Shown here: positions 30,962 through 40,368 of the stretch, in pieces
Layout: every line of letters starts with the position of its first letter
How positions within the stretch are numbered: position 1 is the first letter of the stretch
Source of the DNA: a virus
Taxonomy: Duplodnaviria; Caudoviricetes
DNA length: 64,000 nt
Strand: one strand, 5' to 3'
Virus record (IMG/VR): IMGVR_UViG_2974727265_000001
Coordinates: 35,495 to 99,494 of that record
The notes under the pieces: generated by a model
The model's input: only the letters and a program-made list of their open reading frames with translations
Told to the model about the DNA's origin: nothing
Database searches by the model: none
Made by a program: the position numbers and the translations under genes

Positions 30962-31238
30962 AAGCTTCTTTATAACATTTACTACACAATTGATTAGGTT
31001 GAGTAGCAGGTTTACCACAATATCTACATCTCACTACAGCATTGAACCCAAGCTCTCTGCTACCTTGAGTTGAGTTATCAGTAACCTCTCTAATCAAATC
31101 AAATGCCTTGTTTAACTTTTCTCTCTCATTAGGAGTGAGGTTAACATTATCAGCTACAGAAGACATACCAACTAGACCTTTAAGTCTCCATAGGACATGA
31201 CTCCTGTACCTCCATCTTAATTGTTTCTCTGTTGCCAT
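30945..31238 (-). CDS. hypothetical protein with C-terminal CxxC-CxxC zinc ribbon
   Basis: CRYCGKPATQPNQLCSKCY. Confidence 0.65.
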   Translation of the reverse strand: MATEKQLRWRYRSHVLWRLKGLVGMSSVADNVNLTPNEREKLNKAFDLIREVTDNSTQGSRELGFNAVVRCRYCGKPATQPNQLCSKCYKEAYGYSY

Positions 31239-31241
31239 TAA

Positions 31242-31508
31242 TCAAAGATAGTTAAATTCTTTAATAATCTTCTCCTCTCCCTCATAAGTAGCTCCCACTA
31301 TCTGCTCCAAGTCTGCATGGTCATACTCAATAGACCTCTCTTCAATAAGCTCCATAGCTCTCATAGGATTTCTGGCAGCTACTACTATCATTCCACCATA
31401 ATACTGACTTTTATATGTATTCATATAAAGATAGAGTGGCTTGTTAGCCACCCTATCCCTATTGGGAATGATGTTATCAGGAGTGATACTATTCACATGT
31501 CTTACCAT
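31242..31508 (-). CDS. hypothetical protein
   Basis: 88 aa ORF in operon. Confidence 0.55.
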   Translation of the reverse strand: MVRHVNSITPDNIIPNRDRVANKPLYLYMNTYKSQYYGGMIVVAARNPMRAMELIEERSIEYDHADLEQIVGATYEGEEKIIKEFNYL

Positions 31509-32031
31509 TTGTCTCCTTCTTATTTCTATCCATCCACATCACTGTCATGATGCAATAATTAGCCATATCAAGAAGAGTATCTCTTATAGATTCATCTTTG
31601 ACAAGAGCCTCTTCACCTTTAGACAACTGCTTAAATCTCAACCACTTATCATTCAGTCTGATTCTTGCAGCAGTAAGACCTTCTTCATCCATAGACACAT
31701 CAAAAGAGTTACCATAATCATGGTTCTTTCTTATATATGTATCATGCATCTTATCTACAATTGCCTTGAATCTATCAGGCTCCTTCTCTTTCTGATTAAG
31801 CTTCCTTATATGCTCCTTAAATGGAACAAAGTAGTCCCCAAAATTTAGAGCAAATTCAGGATACCAGGCAGGTTTCCAAAGAATACCTTGATTGGTAGTT
31901 AGGAAACCATCCATTGGAGCTGTATAACATACACCCTTGGTAAATGCATCTGTATCTTCTCCACTGATACCTTGTGCTGATATAGACTTAGTACACATAA
32001 ATATGTCATTTACTTTAATAGTCATCTTCAT
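31489..32031 (-). CDS. nucleotide-modification-associated domain 1 (DUF1599-like) protein
   Basis: YIRKNHDYGNSF...RLNDKWLR...DESIRDTLLDMANYCIM in the C-terminal half. Confidence 0.8.
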   Translation of the reverse strand: MKMTIKVNDIFMCTKSISAQGISGEDTDAFTKGVCYTAPMDGFLTTNQGILWKPAWYPEFALNFGDYFVPFKEHIRKLNQKEKEPDRFKAIVDKMHDTYIRKNHDYGNSFDVSMDEEGLTAARIRLNDKWLRFKQLSKGEEALVKDESIRDTLLDMANYCIMTVMWMDRNKKETNGKTCE

Positions 32032-32325
32032 TTACTTCATCTTACTTTTCTTATTTTGTTCTCTCCATTGCTTTAATGAAATGAACTTAGCTAGGAAATC
32101 AGCCTCCTCTCTTATGTACAACTTCTCACTGTTATAGTAATCAGCATACACAATAGCATTAACCCATTTCCTAGTTGCAGCATCCTTCATTAAGCACTTG
32201 CCTATATACATGTACTTGTTGTTCTTATATAGGTAGGTCTTTCTATCTACATGAACACTTGCAGTATAGTACACAAGCATCATTAATCCCATAAGGATTA
32301 CTGCAATAATACCTGATAATATCAT
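32032..32325 (-). CDS. DUF1653-like protein with N-terminal TM helix
   Basis: YKNNKYMYIG...VNAIVY...LYIREEADFLAKF. Confidence 0.6.
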   Translation of the reverse strand: MILSGIIAVILMGLMMLVYYTASVHVDRKTYLYKNNKYMYIGKCLMKDAATRKWVNAIVYADYYNSEKLYIREEADFLAKFISLKQWREQNKKSKMK

Positions 32326-32340
32326 AATACTTACATTGTT

Positions 32341-34713
32341 TTAATGAACCCAATGGTCTGCAATCTCAGGCACTGCCTTGATAGTCACACTCTTACAGAA
32401 TAGGGATGCAGCATACTCCATACACTCACTCAACTTCTTTGCTTCCTGCTCAGCTATTTCAGCAGGTGGCTCAGTCAGATATTCATCATGTACATCATTA
32501 GGAATAAGGACTTTGAATATAAGTCCACTATCCACTAAGTAATCAAAATACATAATACCAGCTATCTTTGTCATAGCTGCTGCTGTACCCTGACTTGTAT
32601 AATTACATGATTGATTCTCTGATGAACTCCTTCTCTTACTTAAGTGCTTAAGCACCTTCACTATAACAGTCTGCCAGTTGATATCAATATACTTTGTCTC
32701 TACCTTATCACCTTTCTTCACCTTATACTCATACCTTATAGCTATGGCTGAAAGTGGCTCTCCATGAGCAAACTTCTTAGCTATTTCCTGCATCACAACA
32801 CCAGGCACATCATCAATTACCATACCAGAATCCTTTGCTTTTCTATACAAATCCCAGTACTCCTGACCCATGCTGTTCTTCCTCTTCTCAATACCCTTCA
32901 GAATAGGCCAGTCATAGATATATGCTCTCAGTCCAGTAAGTTCTGAGATTAATATATAACCTCTATTCCACATATTCTTCTTTGATACTTTGAAGAAGTT
33001 ATCAATACCCTTGAATGCATTGAAGTATGTCTTGAAACACTTCTCACAAAACTCTAGAGGCTTACCAGTGTTAGCTGCTAATGCAGGTGCAGTTCCATTG
33101 TAATTAAATGTGAACCTAGCTGGTTTAGCTGCATCTCTTAAGTCCTTTCTTTTTGCTTTTACTTCATTCTCAGGTATATCTTTCAGCTCATCAGGAAATA
33201 TCATCTTAGCTACAAAGGCATGACCATCTCTCTCAGCAGGGTCATTATAGAACTCAATCCAAGCCTTATCCTGAGTTAGCTCAGTAAATACATGGCCTTC
33301 TTGGTCTCCATAATCACAATCCACCAGAAGATGTCCTTCACTGGGGATGAAACAAGCTCTTGTCTCTGGATCACTAGGTAACTGCTGTATATTCACACTC
33401 TTATCTACTGCAATTACTTCATCAGCATTCAGTTCAGTTTCATCTTCTGCAATATCATCATCCTTGGTTTTTCCTCCTCCCTTCTTGCCTCCTTTACCAC
33501 AGCTCAGTCTACCAGTATCCATCATTTGATTGAATGTAGGATGTATCCTACCTGTCACTGGATTAACTGCATCAATAAAGTTCTGACCAAAGGAAGTTAC
33601 TACTTTGAATGCTGCTGAATACTCTAGATACAAAGGTACTATATCACTCTTGTTCTTCTGTTGTTTAATCAACTTGGAATCCACAGACTTCTTCAACCTT
33701 CCAGTCTTCTTGTCTTTAGTCCATAGTTCAAACCCCAGCTCTTCAAATAGTGGTATAACCTGCTTGTTACTATTCCAATTAATGATACATCTAGGCTTGG
33801 ATTCTTCAAATAAGCTTCTTTGTGGGTCTATTGCTACATACTTTCCCTCAGAGGCTTTAGCCCTCTTCTTCTTTCCTCTTCTTCCTGTTATATCATAAGC
33901 TATAACTGCATCTTCACCTTTGGATAATACATAGTTAACTACCCACTCATTAAGCTTAGTCTCAGCTTCTCTAAGTCTTAATTCATCCTTCACCATCTTG
34001 GCTTTCCACCTATTCACATCTAGCCTTATGCCACAATACTCAATATAGGCTAGTACTCTGACAAACCTATTCTCAATATCTATAGCAGCTAGTTGTTTCC
34101 TTATGGTGAGTAACTTGATCTGCTCATTCATTACATCTTCAAGCCAGACAACATCATTAGCTGAATATATAATGACCTCATCAGTTAACCCACCATTAAT
34201 CTTACCTCTCACACTCTTGTCCAATTCTACATTTCTGTATCTTCTTACACAAGCCTGCAAGCTCAGTGAGACTATGCCAGGAGGAAACCCTAAGAAGAGT
34301 ATCTTCTCACCAAGGAATGTATCATACACATTCCTGACTACTATACCTTCCTTATACAACCACCTTAAATCAAACTTAGCATTGTGAATAATAAAGAGCC
34401 TGTCACTTTCAAGGAAACTCTTATACCTCTTAACATCAACAGTAAGACAATCAATTACTACTTGAAACTTCTTATTGCCTAGTTGAAGAAGTAACAGAGT
34501 TCCTTGCCAGATTTCAGTTCCTTTAGTTTCACTATCCAAACCAACTACTTTGAGTGTACTAAGTAGTTCAAGAGACTCTTCAACTGAGATACATTTGTAA
34601 GGTCTATCATCATCCCCAAACAGACTACTCTGTCCTGTAACAAAGTATATCTGTTCCCCATAATATACTATAGGTTCCTCTTTCAACTCTCCATAATCCC
34701 AGTCTGCATCCAT
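32341..34713 (-). CDS. polA: family A DNA polymerase with 3'-5' exonuclease
   Basis: Exo motifs GLDSET, HNAKFD, YSANDV; TGRLS; motif A DCDYGDQE, motif B RDAAKPARFTFNY, QGTAA, motif C VHDE. Confidence 0.93.
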   Translation of the reverse strand: MDADWDYGELKEEPIVYYGEQIYFVTGQSSLFGDDDRPYKCISVEESLELLSTLKVVGLDSETKGTEIWQGTLLLLQLGNKKFQVVIDCLTVDVKRYKSFLESDRLFIIHNAKFDLRWLYKEGIVVRNVYDTFLGEKILFLGFPPGIVSLSLQACVRRYRNVELDKSVRGKINGGLTDEVIIYSANDVVWLEDVMNEQIKLLTIRKQLAAIDIENRFVRVLAYIEYCGIRLDVNRWKAKMVKDELRLREAETKLNEWVVNYVLSKGEDAVIAYDITGRRGKKKRAKASEGKYVAIDPQRSLFEESKPRCIINWNSNKQVIPLFEELGFELWTKDKKTGRLKKSVDSKLIKQQKNKSDIVPLYLEYSAAFKVVTSFGQNFIDAVNPVTGRIHPTFNQMMDTGRLSCGKGGKKGGGKTKDDDIAEDETELNADEVIAVDKSVNIQQLPSDPETRACFIPSEGHLLVDCDYGDQEGHVFTELTQDKAWIEFYNDPAERDGHAFVAKMIFPDELKDIPENEVKAKRKDLRDAAKPARFTFNYNGTAPALAANTGKPLEFCEKCFKTYFNAFKGIDNFFKVSKKNMWNRGYILISELTGLRAYIYDWPILKGIEKRKNSMGQEYWDLYRKAKDSGMVIDDVPGVVMQEIAKKFAHGEPLSAIAIRYEYKVKKGDKVETKYIDINWQTVIVKVLKHLSKRRSSSENQSCNYTSQGTAAAMTKIAGIMYFDYLVDSGLIFKVLIPNDVHDEYLTEPPAEIAEQEAKKLSECMEYAASLFCKSVTIKAVPEIADHWVH

Positions 34714-34714
34714 A

Positions 34715-34987
34715 CTAATAAAATGTTATAGTGTAACCATACCCAATAGTAAAATCAATAGACTTCACTACTGCTTTAGCTTCTTTCAATTCCTCACCAA
34801 CAATTATTAAGTTACTTCCTGTAGCTCCAATAAAGGCATAACCTCCAGTAGGGGTCTTAGAGAAAATTACATAAGGGTCTGTCACCTTAAGTACATATGT
34901 CTTAGACTCACTACCATCAGGTTTCTTCAGCTTCTTTAGATAATTGCTGTTCTCTCCAGTAGTCTCTAACTTAATTATATCTTCCAT
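34715..34987 (-). CDS. hypothetical protein
   Basis: 90 aa ORF tightly packed in operon. Confidence 0.6.
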   Translation of the reverse strand: MEDIIKLETTGENSNYLKKLKKPDGSESKTYVLKVTDPYVIFSKTPTGGYAFIGATGSNLIIVGEELKEAKAVVKSIDFTIGYGYTITFY

Positions 34988-35490
34988 TATTGTAATGAAT
35001 ATGCTACTAATTCATCAAAGTCAATCACATACTTATACTTCTGAAAGAAAGAACTACCTATTACACCATGCAGATTCACTCCATACTTCTGTTTCAGATT
35101 ACCAAATGCACCATCCAAATCCCATGAATAGAATAGGTCAGTAAACTGCTTCTCTTTATATGTTATTGTCATCTCCACAATATCTACATGGTCACTATTG
35201 CCATCAGCTCCATAGATAGTGTCTTTAAACTTGGTAGGAACAAACTCAAACTCATCAACAACAGACTTGTTAATAACTGAATTAGTAGCTCCAGTATCAA
35301 GGAGGAAGTTTAACTTCTTCTCTCCTTGCCTGAATGTCACTATAGGTAACTCAGTTAAATCAAGGGTCTCCTTGAATGACATTCTATCTATTGTTTTACT
35401 CTTGCCTCCCTTTCTAATTGCACTTACAATCTCAGCAAAGAGAGCAGCCAAGAGTACAATTCCTACCACATACAATATACTTGTTATCAT
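34987..35490 (-). CDS. retropepsin-like aspartic protease with N-terminal TM anchor
   Basis: FLLDTGATNSVI catalytic motif and GVIGSSFF; hydrophobic residues 3-23. Confidence 0.8.
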   Translation of the reverse strand: MITSILYVVGIVLLAALFAEIVSAIRKGGKSKTIDRMSFKETLDLTELPIVTFRQGEKKLNFLLDTGATNSVINKSVVDEFEFVPTKFKDTIYGADGNSDHVDIVEMTITYKEKQFTDLFYSWDLDGAFGNLKQKYGVNLHGVIGSSFFQKYKYVIDFDELVAYSLQ

Positions 35491-35516
35491 GTTCTCATCT
35501 TTTTTTTTTAGAGTTA

Positions 35517-36050
35517 TTACTGTACTCCTGAGGTCCCAAATCCTCCCCTACTGTTACTATCCAGGTTCTCTACTACCTCAAATTTAATCTTACCAGAGAA
35601 TAACCATCTTAGCTTCTGCCACACAGTTGCATTCTGGCTTGGTTGTATTCTGAACTGGCAGATTCTATGAGATTGGAAGATAGTAGTATCCTCCATTGCA
35701 ATAGCAGGGAACCTCCATTCATCATCATTACCACAGTAAGAATTATCAATAACTCCTTGACTGTTTGCACTGATAACTCTAAAGTTCTTCATAGTACTGC
35801 TTCTTGGATTTATCACAGCTTCAAAACCTTTAGGTAACTTCATTGCAACACCTAGTCTGATCAGTTGATAATCAAACTTCACATCTCTGGTACTAACCTG
35901 TTCACCTCCTATGTCTCTCTTTCTCTTCCTTACTCCTGCTTGTGGTGCTCTCATATGCACAGTTTCTGCTGCACGCAGGTCTACCCAATCCCCCTTCTCA
36001 GTCATTGTAGGCATACATCCAGGGGTTATAATTTTCACTTTAATCTTCAT
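35517..36050 (-). CDS. dut: trimeric dUTPase
   Basis: GDWVDL, PRSS, GVIDNSYCG, RICQFRI, RGGFGTSG motifs. Confidence 0.92.
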   Translation of the reverse strand: MKIKVKIITPGCMPTMTEKGDWVDLRAAETVHMRAPQAGVRKRKRDIGGEQVSTRDVKFDYQLIRLGVAMKLPKGFEAVINPRSSTMKNFRVISANSQGVIDNSYCGNDDEWRFPAIAMEDTTIFQSHRICQFRIQPSQNATVWQKLRWLFSGKIKFEVVENLDSNSRGGFGTSGVQ

Positions 36051-36167
36051 GTTTATATAATTTTAAATAGTGAGAGTTCTTATGTCCTCGCTTCTACTCA
36101 AGAACATAAGAGCACATCTGTTACTATATAATAAAACCATCTGTAAGACTTACAGTTTAATGTTATA

Positions 36168-36656
36168 TCAAATAGGTTTACCTCTCACCAGTTTATCAAA
36201 TCTGCAATTCTCTTTACTAAAGGGCTTTGTTGTATCCAACCTTACAATAGTGTAATCAGTTTTCACTTCACCCATATCTGATAAGAAGTTATTGTAGTTG
36301 TTCCATCTATCAGGAAACATACCTGCATACTTCTCATACATTGGGTTATTGGGATTATTACACTTATTCTTTAAGTTAGCCCATAGTTTGTATGTTCTTG
36401 ATAAGCCTAGTCTATACAACTTCTGGTAGTTTCTCTTCTTCTCTGGGTCCTGTATTCTATACCTACTACAACCACAGGAAGTACTTGAACCTCCTATCAG
36501 GTTAGCTCTAGTTACTAAGCCTTCTTTGCCACAATCACACACACATTTGTATATCTTTAAACCATGTGACTCCTTACCTTCATAAGATAATACAGTCCAC
36601 TTGCCAAACCTCTGACCTACTATATCATTGGAATCAAAGCTCTTAGCTCTTCTCAT
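36168..36656 (-). CDS. HNH-family homing endonuclease-like protein, probably degenerate
   Basis: GQRFGKWTV..CVCDCG..STSCGC, YKLWANLKNKC.NPN..YEKY, RW..FLSDMG, TIVRLD...FSKENCRF. Confidence 0.7.
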   Translation of the reverse strand: MRRAKSFDSNDIVGQRFGKWTVLSYEGKESHGLKIYKCVCDCGKEGLVTRANLIGGSSTSCGCSRYRIQDPEKKRNYQKLYRLGLSRTYKLWANLKNKCNNPNNPMYEKYAGMFPDRWNNYNNFLSDMGEVKTDYTIVRLDTTKPFSKENCRFDKLVRGKPI

Positions 36657-37693
36657 GCTGATTTCAAATTACTTATTTTCATTACTCCGTTTCTATCTCT
36701 AACATCTTTGGTATACTTGATATCTGGATTCTTCAAGTAGTAATCCAACTCTATTAACAGTTTCCTCCAATTCTTATATACCTTACCATCATTACCAACC
36801 ATATCCACCTGTGCAAAGTTCTCATAGTATCTCCAAATAAGAGGAGCTAATGTAATTCTATTGATAGGTATGAATGTATAATGGGCTATCTTGAAGTCTC
36901 TGAAGTACTCATCTCTTCTAACAACCTCACTGAGAATATATGAATAAAGTTGTGCTTGTATCATATATCTCCAAGTCAGGAATGATTGTTCAAAGTCTTC
37001 CTCAGGATGCCCAGTAGTCTTCAAATCAATAGGATATATTATCTTCTCCACATGGTCAACTATCAGTTCATCAAACATGCATCTGACTGGTATGCCATTA
37101 TACACAGCTTTGAACTTCAGTTGAAATACCTTCTCAAACCTTTTATCAAATGGATTGATAAAGAAGTACCCTCTGGTATAGGGGTTATTCTTAAGCTCAT
37201 TGACACAATTCATTGCATCATCATAGTCCTTTTGAGATAGTATCTCTTTATCACCAGCTAATGCCAGTAGACTATAATAGTCAGCACACTTAGTCCTAAT
37301 GTTCTTAAGCTTAGCCTCATTCCCCCAATTAGGTTGATAGTTGATTGCATACATAAGAATATCCTCATCTGCAATCATATCAATACTCCTGCACTTATCA
37401 CTGAATGCATTATATAATGCTTTGGTCATTCCAACCAGTACTTCTGATAACTGAGGAAACTCACACACAATAAACCTTTGGTTAAATGCTTCTGGTCCAT
37501 CAGTTAATATGGTATCAACTGCACTACCAAACCTCAAAGCAGGAGATTCAACCTTATCAAATAAGCTGCCTAGCTTTCTAAATCCCTCTCTATCAAATTT
37601 TGATAATGTGGAATAACTGTAAGCTGGGTCTGCTCTGTAAGTAGGTTCATCAACCTGCCATGATATATCTATAATACTCTTTCTAGTCTTCAT
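36653..37693 (-). CDS. PD-(D/E)xK exonuclease (RecE/exonuclease VIII-like)
   Basis: SYSTL, ALRFGSAVD, RCMFDELIVD..IDLKT, YMIQAQLY. Confidence 0.8.
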   Translation of the reverse strand: MKTRKSIIDISWQVDEPTYRADPAYSYSTLSKFDREGFRKLGSLFDKVESPALRFGSAVDTILTDGPEAFNQRFIVCEFPQLSEVLVGMTKALYNAFSDKCRSIDMIADEDILMYAINYQPNWGNEAKLKNIRTKCADYYSLLALAGDKEILSQKDYDDAMNCVNELKNNPYTRGYFFINPFDKRFEKVFQLKFKAVYNGIPVRCMFDELIVDHVEKIIYPIDLKTTGHPEEDFEQSFLTWRYMIQAQLYSYILSEVVRRDEYFRDFKIAHYTFIPINRITLAPLIWRYYENFAQVDMVGNDGKVYKNWRKLLIELDYYLKNPDIKYTKDVRDRNGVMKISNLKSA

Positions 37694-37979
37694 AACCTCC
37701 TATTATAGCATCATAATTATAGGTGTCACTAGGTATATCCAACTGGTCTACATACTCATCTACAGATGCTTTGAGTTCTCTCAGTGCATCTAAATCAACT
37801 TTAGTATATTTCTCACTTGGATTGATACTTACCACACTTCTCTTTGTCCTGATAATAGCTGAATCTACCAGCTCTTTCAGTGATTCAAAGTCCCTGACCT
37901 CTATAAATCTGACTGCTAAATTATCATCTCCCTCAGGAAGGTGATGAGTTAACCCCTTTATTCTCTCTACTGTTACCAT
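37683..37979 (-). CDS. hypothetical protein
   Basis: 98 aa ORF overlapping neighbours. Confidence 0.6.
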   Translation of the reverse strand: MVTVERIKGLTHHLPEGDDNLAVRFIEVRDFESLKELVDSAIIRTKRSVVSINPSEKYTKVDLDALRELKASVDEYVDQLDIPSDTYNYDAIIGGYED

Positions 37980-38412
37980 AGTCCTTGATTATTGTTATAG
38001 CTTCTAACAGTTGCTTCTTAGTGAATATCTCAAACAGTAAGTAATTATCCTTATCTGGTTGCTTTTCCAAGTACTCTCTAAGCAGTTTGAGCTTATATGG
38101 GAATACATCATTCTCCATCCCCTTAGCTTCTATGATGACCTTCACTCCCTTATATTCTAGATAGAAGTCAGGAGTTAGCTTTATATCAATCAACTTCTTC
38201 AGGTTGAGTACATGTTGTTTCTTCTTATTTCTTGTGTAAAAAGGTACTGTTGGTCTGAATCCCTTCCATAGTATATAGGTGTTGGCTTCATATCTAGGCT
38301 CAAGCCCTTCTTGAAGTAAGGTCTTATATACCATTACCTCAAGAAGTGACTTGAAATGAATGCCATTATACTCAAAGGGAGTAGCATTCTTTACTTTCTT
38401 ATTATCTGCCAT
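37933..38412 (-). CDS. PD-(D/E)xK endonuclease (T7 endonuclease I / DUF1064-like, possible resolvase)
   Basis: FKSLLE...TPDF...IIEAKG. Confidence 0.75.
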   Translation of the reverse strand: MADNKKVKNATPFEYNGIHFKSLLEVMVYKTLLQEGLEPRYEANTYILWKGFRPTVPFYTRNKKKQHVLNLKKLIDIKLTPDFYLEYKGVKVIIEAKGMENDVFPYKLKLLREYLEKQPDKDNYLLFEIFTKKQLLEAITIIKDYGNSRENKGVNSSPS

Positions 38413-38929
38413 ACAGTTTTCTCATGATAGGCTTCATGATATGTTTGGCTGCTTTAGCATCATCAAGTGTTCTGAAAGCAGCAAAGTTTCTGAAGTTCTT
38501 GATTCTGTTCAAATCTTTAACCTTCTTGATTTCACCATCCAGCATGCTGATAGTCCATATTTCCTTACTTCTCTCAATATGGTCTGGATACTTCTCATCA
38601 AGAACAATAGCTACCTCTCTCAGGATGATGCTACAAGCTGCTGCTGGGTAGATGTCAACTAAGTTTGCAAGATACTTATCAACATTTTCATACTTCCAAC
38701 CAATTCTTTCTGCAAGATGGTCAAGATAGTAATTAATTTCAAGATGAGTACCTTCATCAACAGCAGGTTTCTGCCATAGTTTTGCACACTCAGCAATGGT
38801 ATCAAGCAATTCAGGTGTGACTTCTAGTTCAACTTCTTTGAACCCCTCTTCAGGGTGGTACTGCAATGCTTTAACCTTGTCACCTACTGCAAAGGTATGA
38901 TGACCCCCTTCAAATACTAACTTCTTCAT
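38402..38929 (-). CDS. hypothetical protein
   Basis: 175 aa ORF in operon. Confidence 0.65.
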   Translation of the reverse strand: MKKLVFEGGHHTFAVGDKVKALQYHPEEGFKEVELEVTPELLDTIAECAKLWQKPAVDEGTHLEINYYLDHLAERIGWKYENVDKYLANLVDIYPAAACSIILREVAIVLDEKYPDHIERSKEIWTISMLDGEIKKVKDLNRIKNFRNFAAFRTLDDAKAAKHIMKPIMRKLYGR

Positions 38930-38944
38930 AATGGTTATTATTTA

Positions 38945-39619
38945 TTATTTGTACTCCTGGAACCACTGTATTGGTTCTCCATATTTGTCTTTAGTTAACT
39001 TACTTACATCTTTAAAGACTGTAGATGGCATCCTCTTTCCTATTCTAGCATAGTAGGCTGGATGCTGTTCCTCAAGAATGATATTGAATCTACCATTGAT
39101 GTATGGTTTAAATGTCCTTGCTTGTGCTCCAAACAGGACATAGATAATACCATTATTCCACTCTGATAGGTTATGAAGCAGACTACTTATAAAGGGTCTC
39201 CATAACATAGTATGACTACCAACTTTATTCATCTCTACTGTAAGTGCTGAATTTATCATTAGCACTCCTTGCTTTGCCCAACTCTCTAAAGTCTGGTCAA
39301 AGATAACACTATTATGTGGGATATCAAAATCAATGCTAGCCTCCTTAACAATTCTTAGTGAAGGAGACAAGTCATCTTCACTTGTCTCTTTCTTATTACC
39401 AAACAAGATACCTGTTGCTACATTCTTCTGTGGGTAAGGGTCTTGCCCTATCATAACTACTTTCAAGTCATTATAAGGGCAAAGTTCAAATGCTCTGAAT
39501 ATATCAGGTAAGTTAGGACATATAGGTGCTTTTATATTACCTACAATATTAGTTACCTTGTATAATTCAGTATCACTTATAACCCTCATCCAATCACCAA
39601 AGTACTCACTTAATGTCAT
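38945..39619 (-). CDS. ung: uracil-DNA glycosylase family 1
   Basis: KVVMIGQDPYP, PSL, WAKQGVLMINSALTV, SH, HPA. Confidence 0.93.
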   Translation of the reverse strand: MTLSEYFGDWMRVISDTELYKVTNIVGNIKAPICPNLPDIFRAFELCPYNDLKVVMIGQDPYPQKNVATGILFGNKKETSEDDLSPSLRIVKEASIDFDIPHNSVIFDQTLESWAKQGVLMINSALTVEMNKVGSHTMLWRPFISSLLHNLSEWNNGIIYVLFGAQARTFKPYINGRFNIILEEQHPAYYARIGKRMPSTVFKDVSKLTKDKYGEPIQWFQEYK

Positions 39620-40368
39620 ATAAGCAGGTTACCTAAAACATTATCAATGTTTTCATTAAGAAGTGCATTAAGACTGATATTAAGGTCCTCATCCTCAGGC
39701 TCAAGAACCCTATGTATAAATCTATTTAAGTCTGCTATAACTACTTCAGTTGTAAAGTCAGCAGATGCCTTACCTGCCCTTGTTCCATAGGGTACTAGAC
39801 TACCCTCATTCCCCAAGATTATAGGTATCACTTTCTTCTTAATAGCTTTATACATTATATCATCTTCCCTAAGCACCACATTTGGACTAACATATAGTAC
39901 ACCTTTATTATATACATAATATGTGTCAGTAATACTCTTAGAGCCTCTTAATACATATATGTATAATGGATTAAAATTCTCATCAAGCATTAACCCAGGT
40001 GCTCCCCAATATACTCCTCCCTTATGATTCTTAATACCATGTAGACCATAACCTAGACTTGATGTGTTAAGCTGTCTTATAGTAGATTCAGCAGTTCTGG
40101 TAGTTCTGTTCTCCAGCCTTCTAGGTAGTAAATTACATACAAACATATCAGCATCTTGTAATATCCTAGTCTCTACCATATTCCTCATAGCTACAGGTAT
40201 TTCAACTTCATTGCTATTTGACATATCAGCTACTATAGTTCTATTGAACACAGCACCCTCAAGTCCATTAAAAGCATGATTATAGGCTACAGATGTTGTT
40301 AGATAAGAGGTAGTAGTTAGGGGTCTTATAAAGTCCTCTTCCAAATATTTACCTATCTTTGCCATCAC
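39616..40368 (-). CDS. hypothetical protein coupled to the E1-like gene
   Basis: 250 aa; 4-nt ATGA overlap with the ThiF gene stop; no recognisable motif. Confidence 0.65.
   Translation of the reverse strand: MMAKIGKYLEEDFIRPLTTTSYLTTSVAYNHAFNGLEGAVFNRTIVADMSNSNEVEIPVAMRNMVETRILQDADMFVCNLLPRRLENRTTRTAESTIRQLNTSSLGYGLHGIKNHKGGVYWGAPGLMLDENFNPLYIYVLRGSKSITDTYYVYNKGVLYVSPNVVLREDDIMYKAIKKKVIPIILGNEGSLVPYGTRAGKASADFTTEVVIADLNRFIHRVLEPEDEDLNISLNALLNENIDNVLGNLLI

Noticed and set aside
20402-34713. Introns or inteins in RNAP or PolA
   Set aside because: Both ORFs are continuous and of expected size, with no intein C/S...HN boundaries or LAGLIDADG motifs seen
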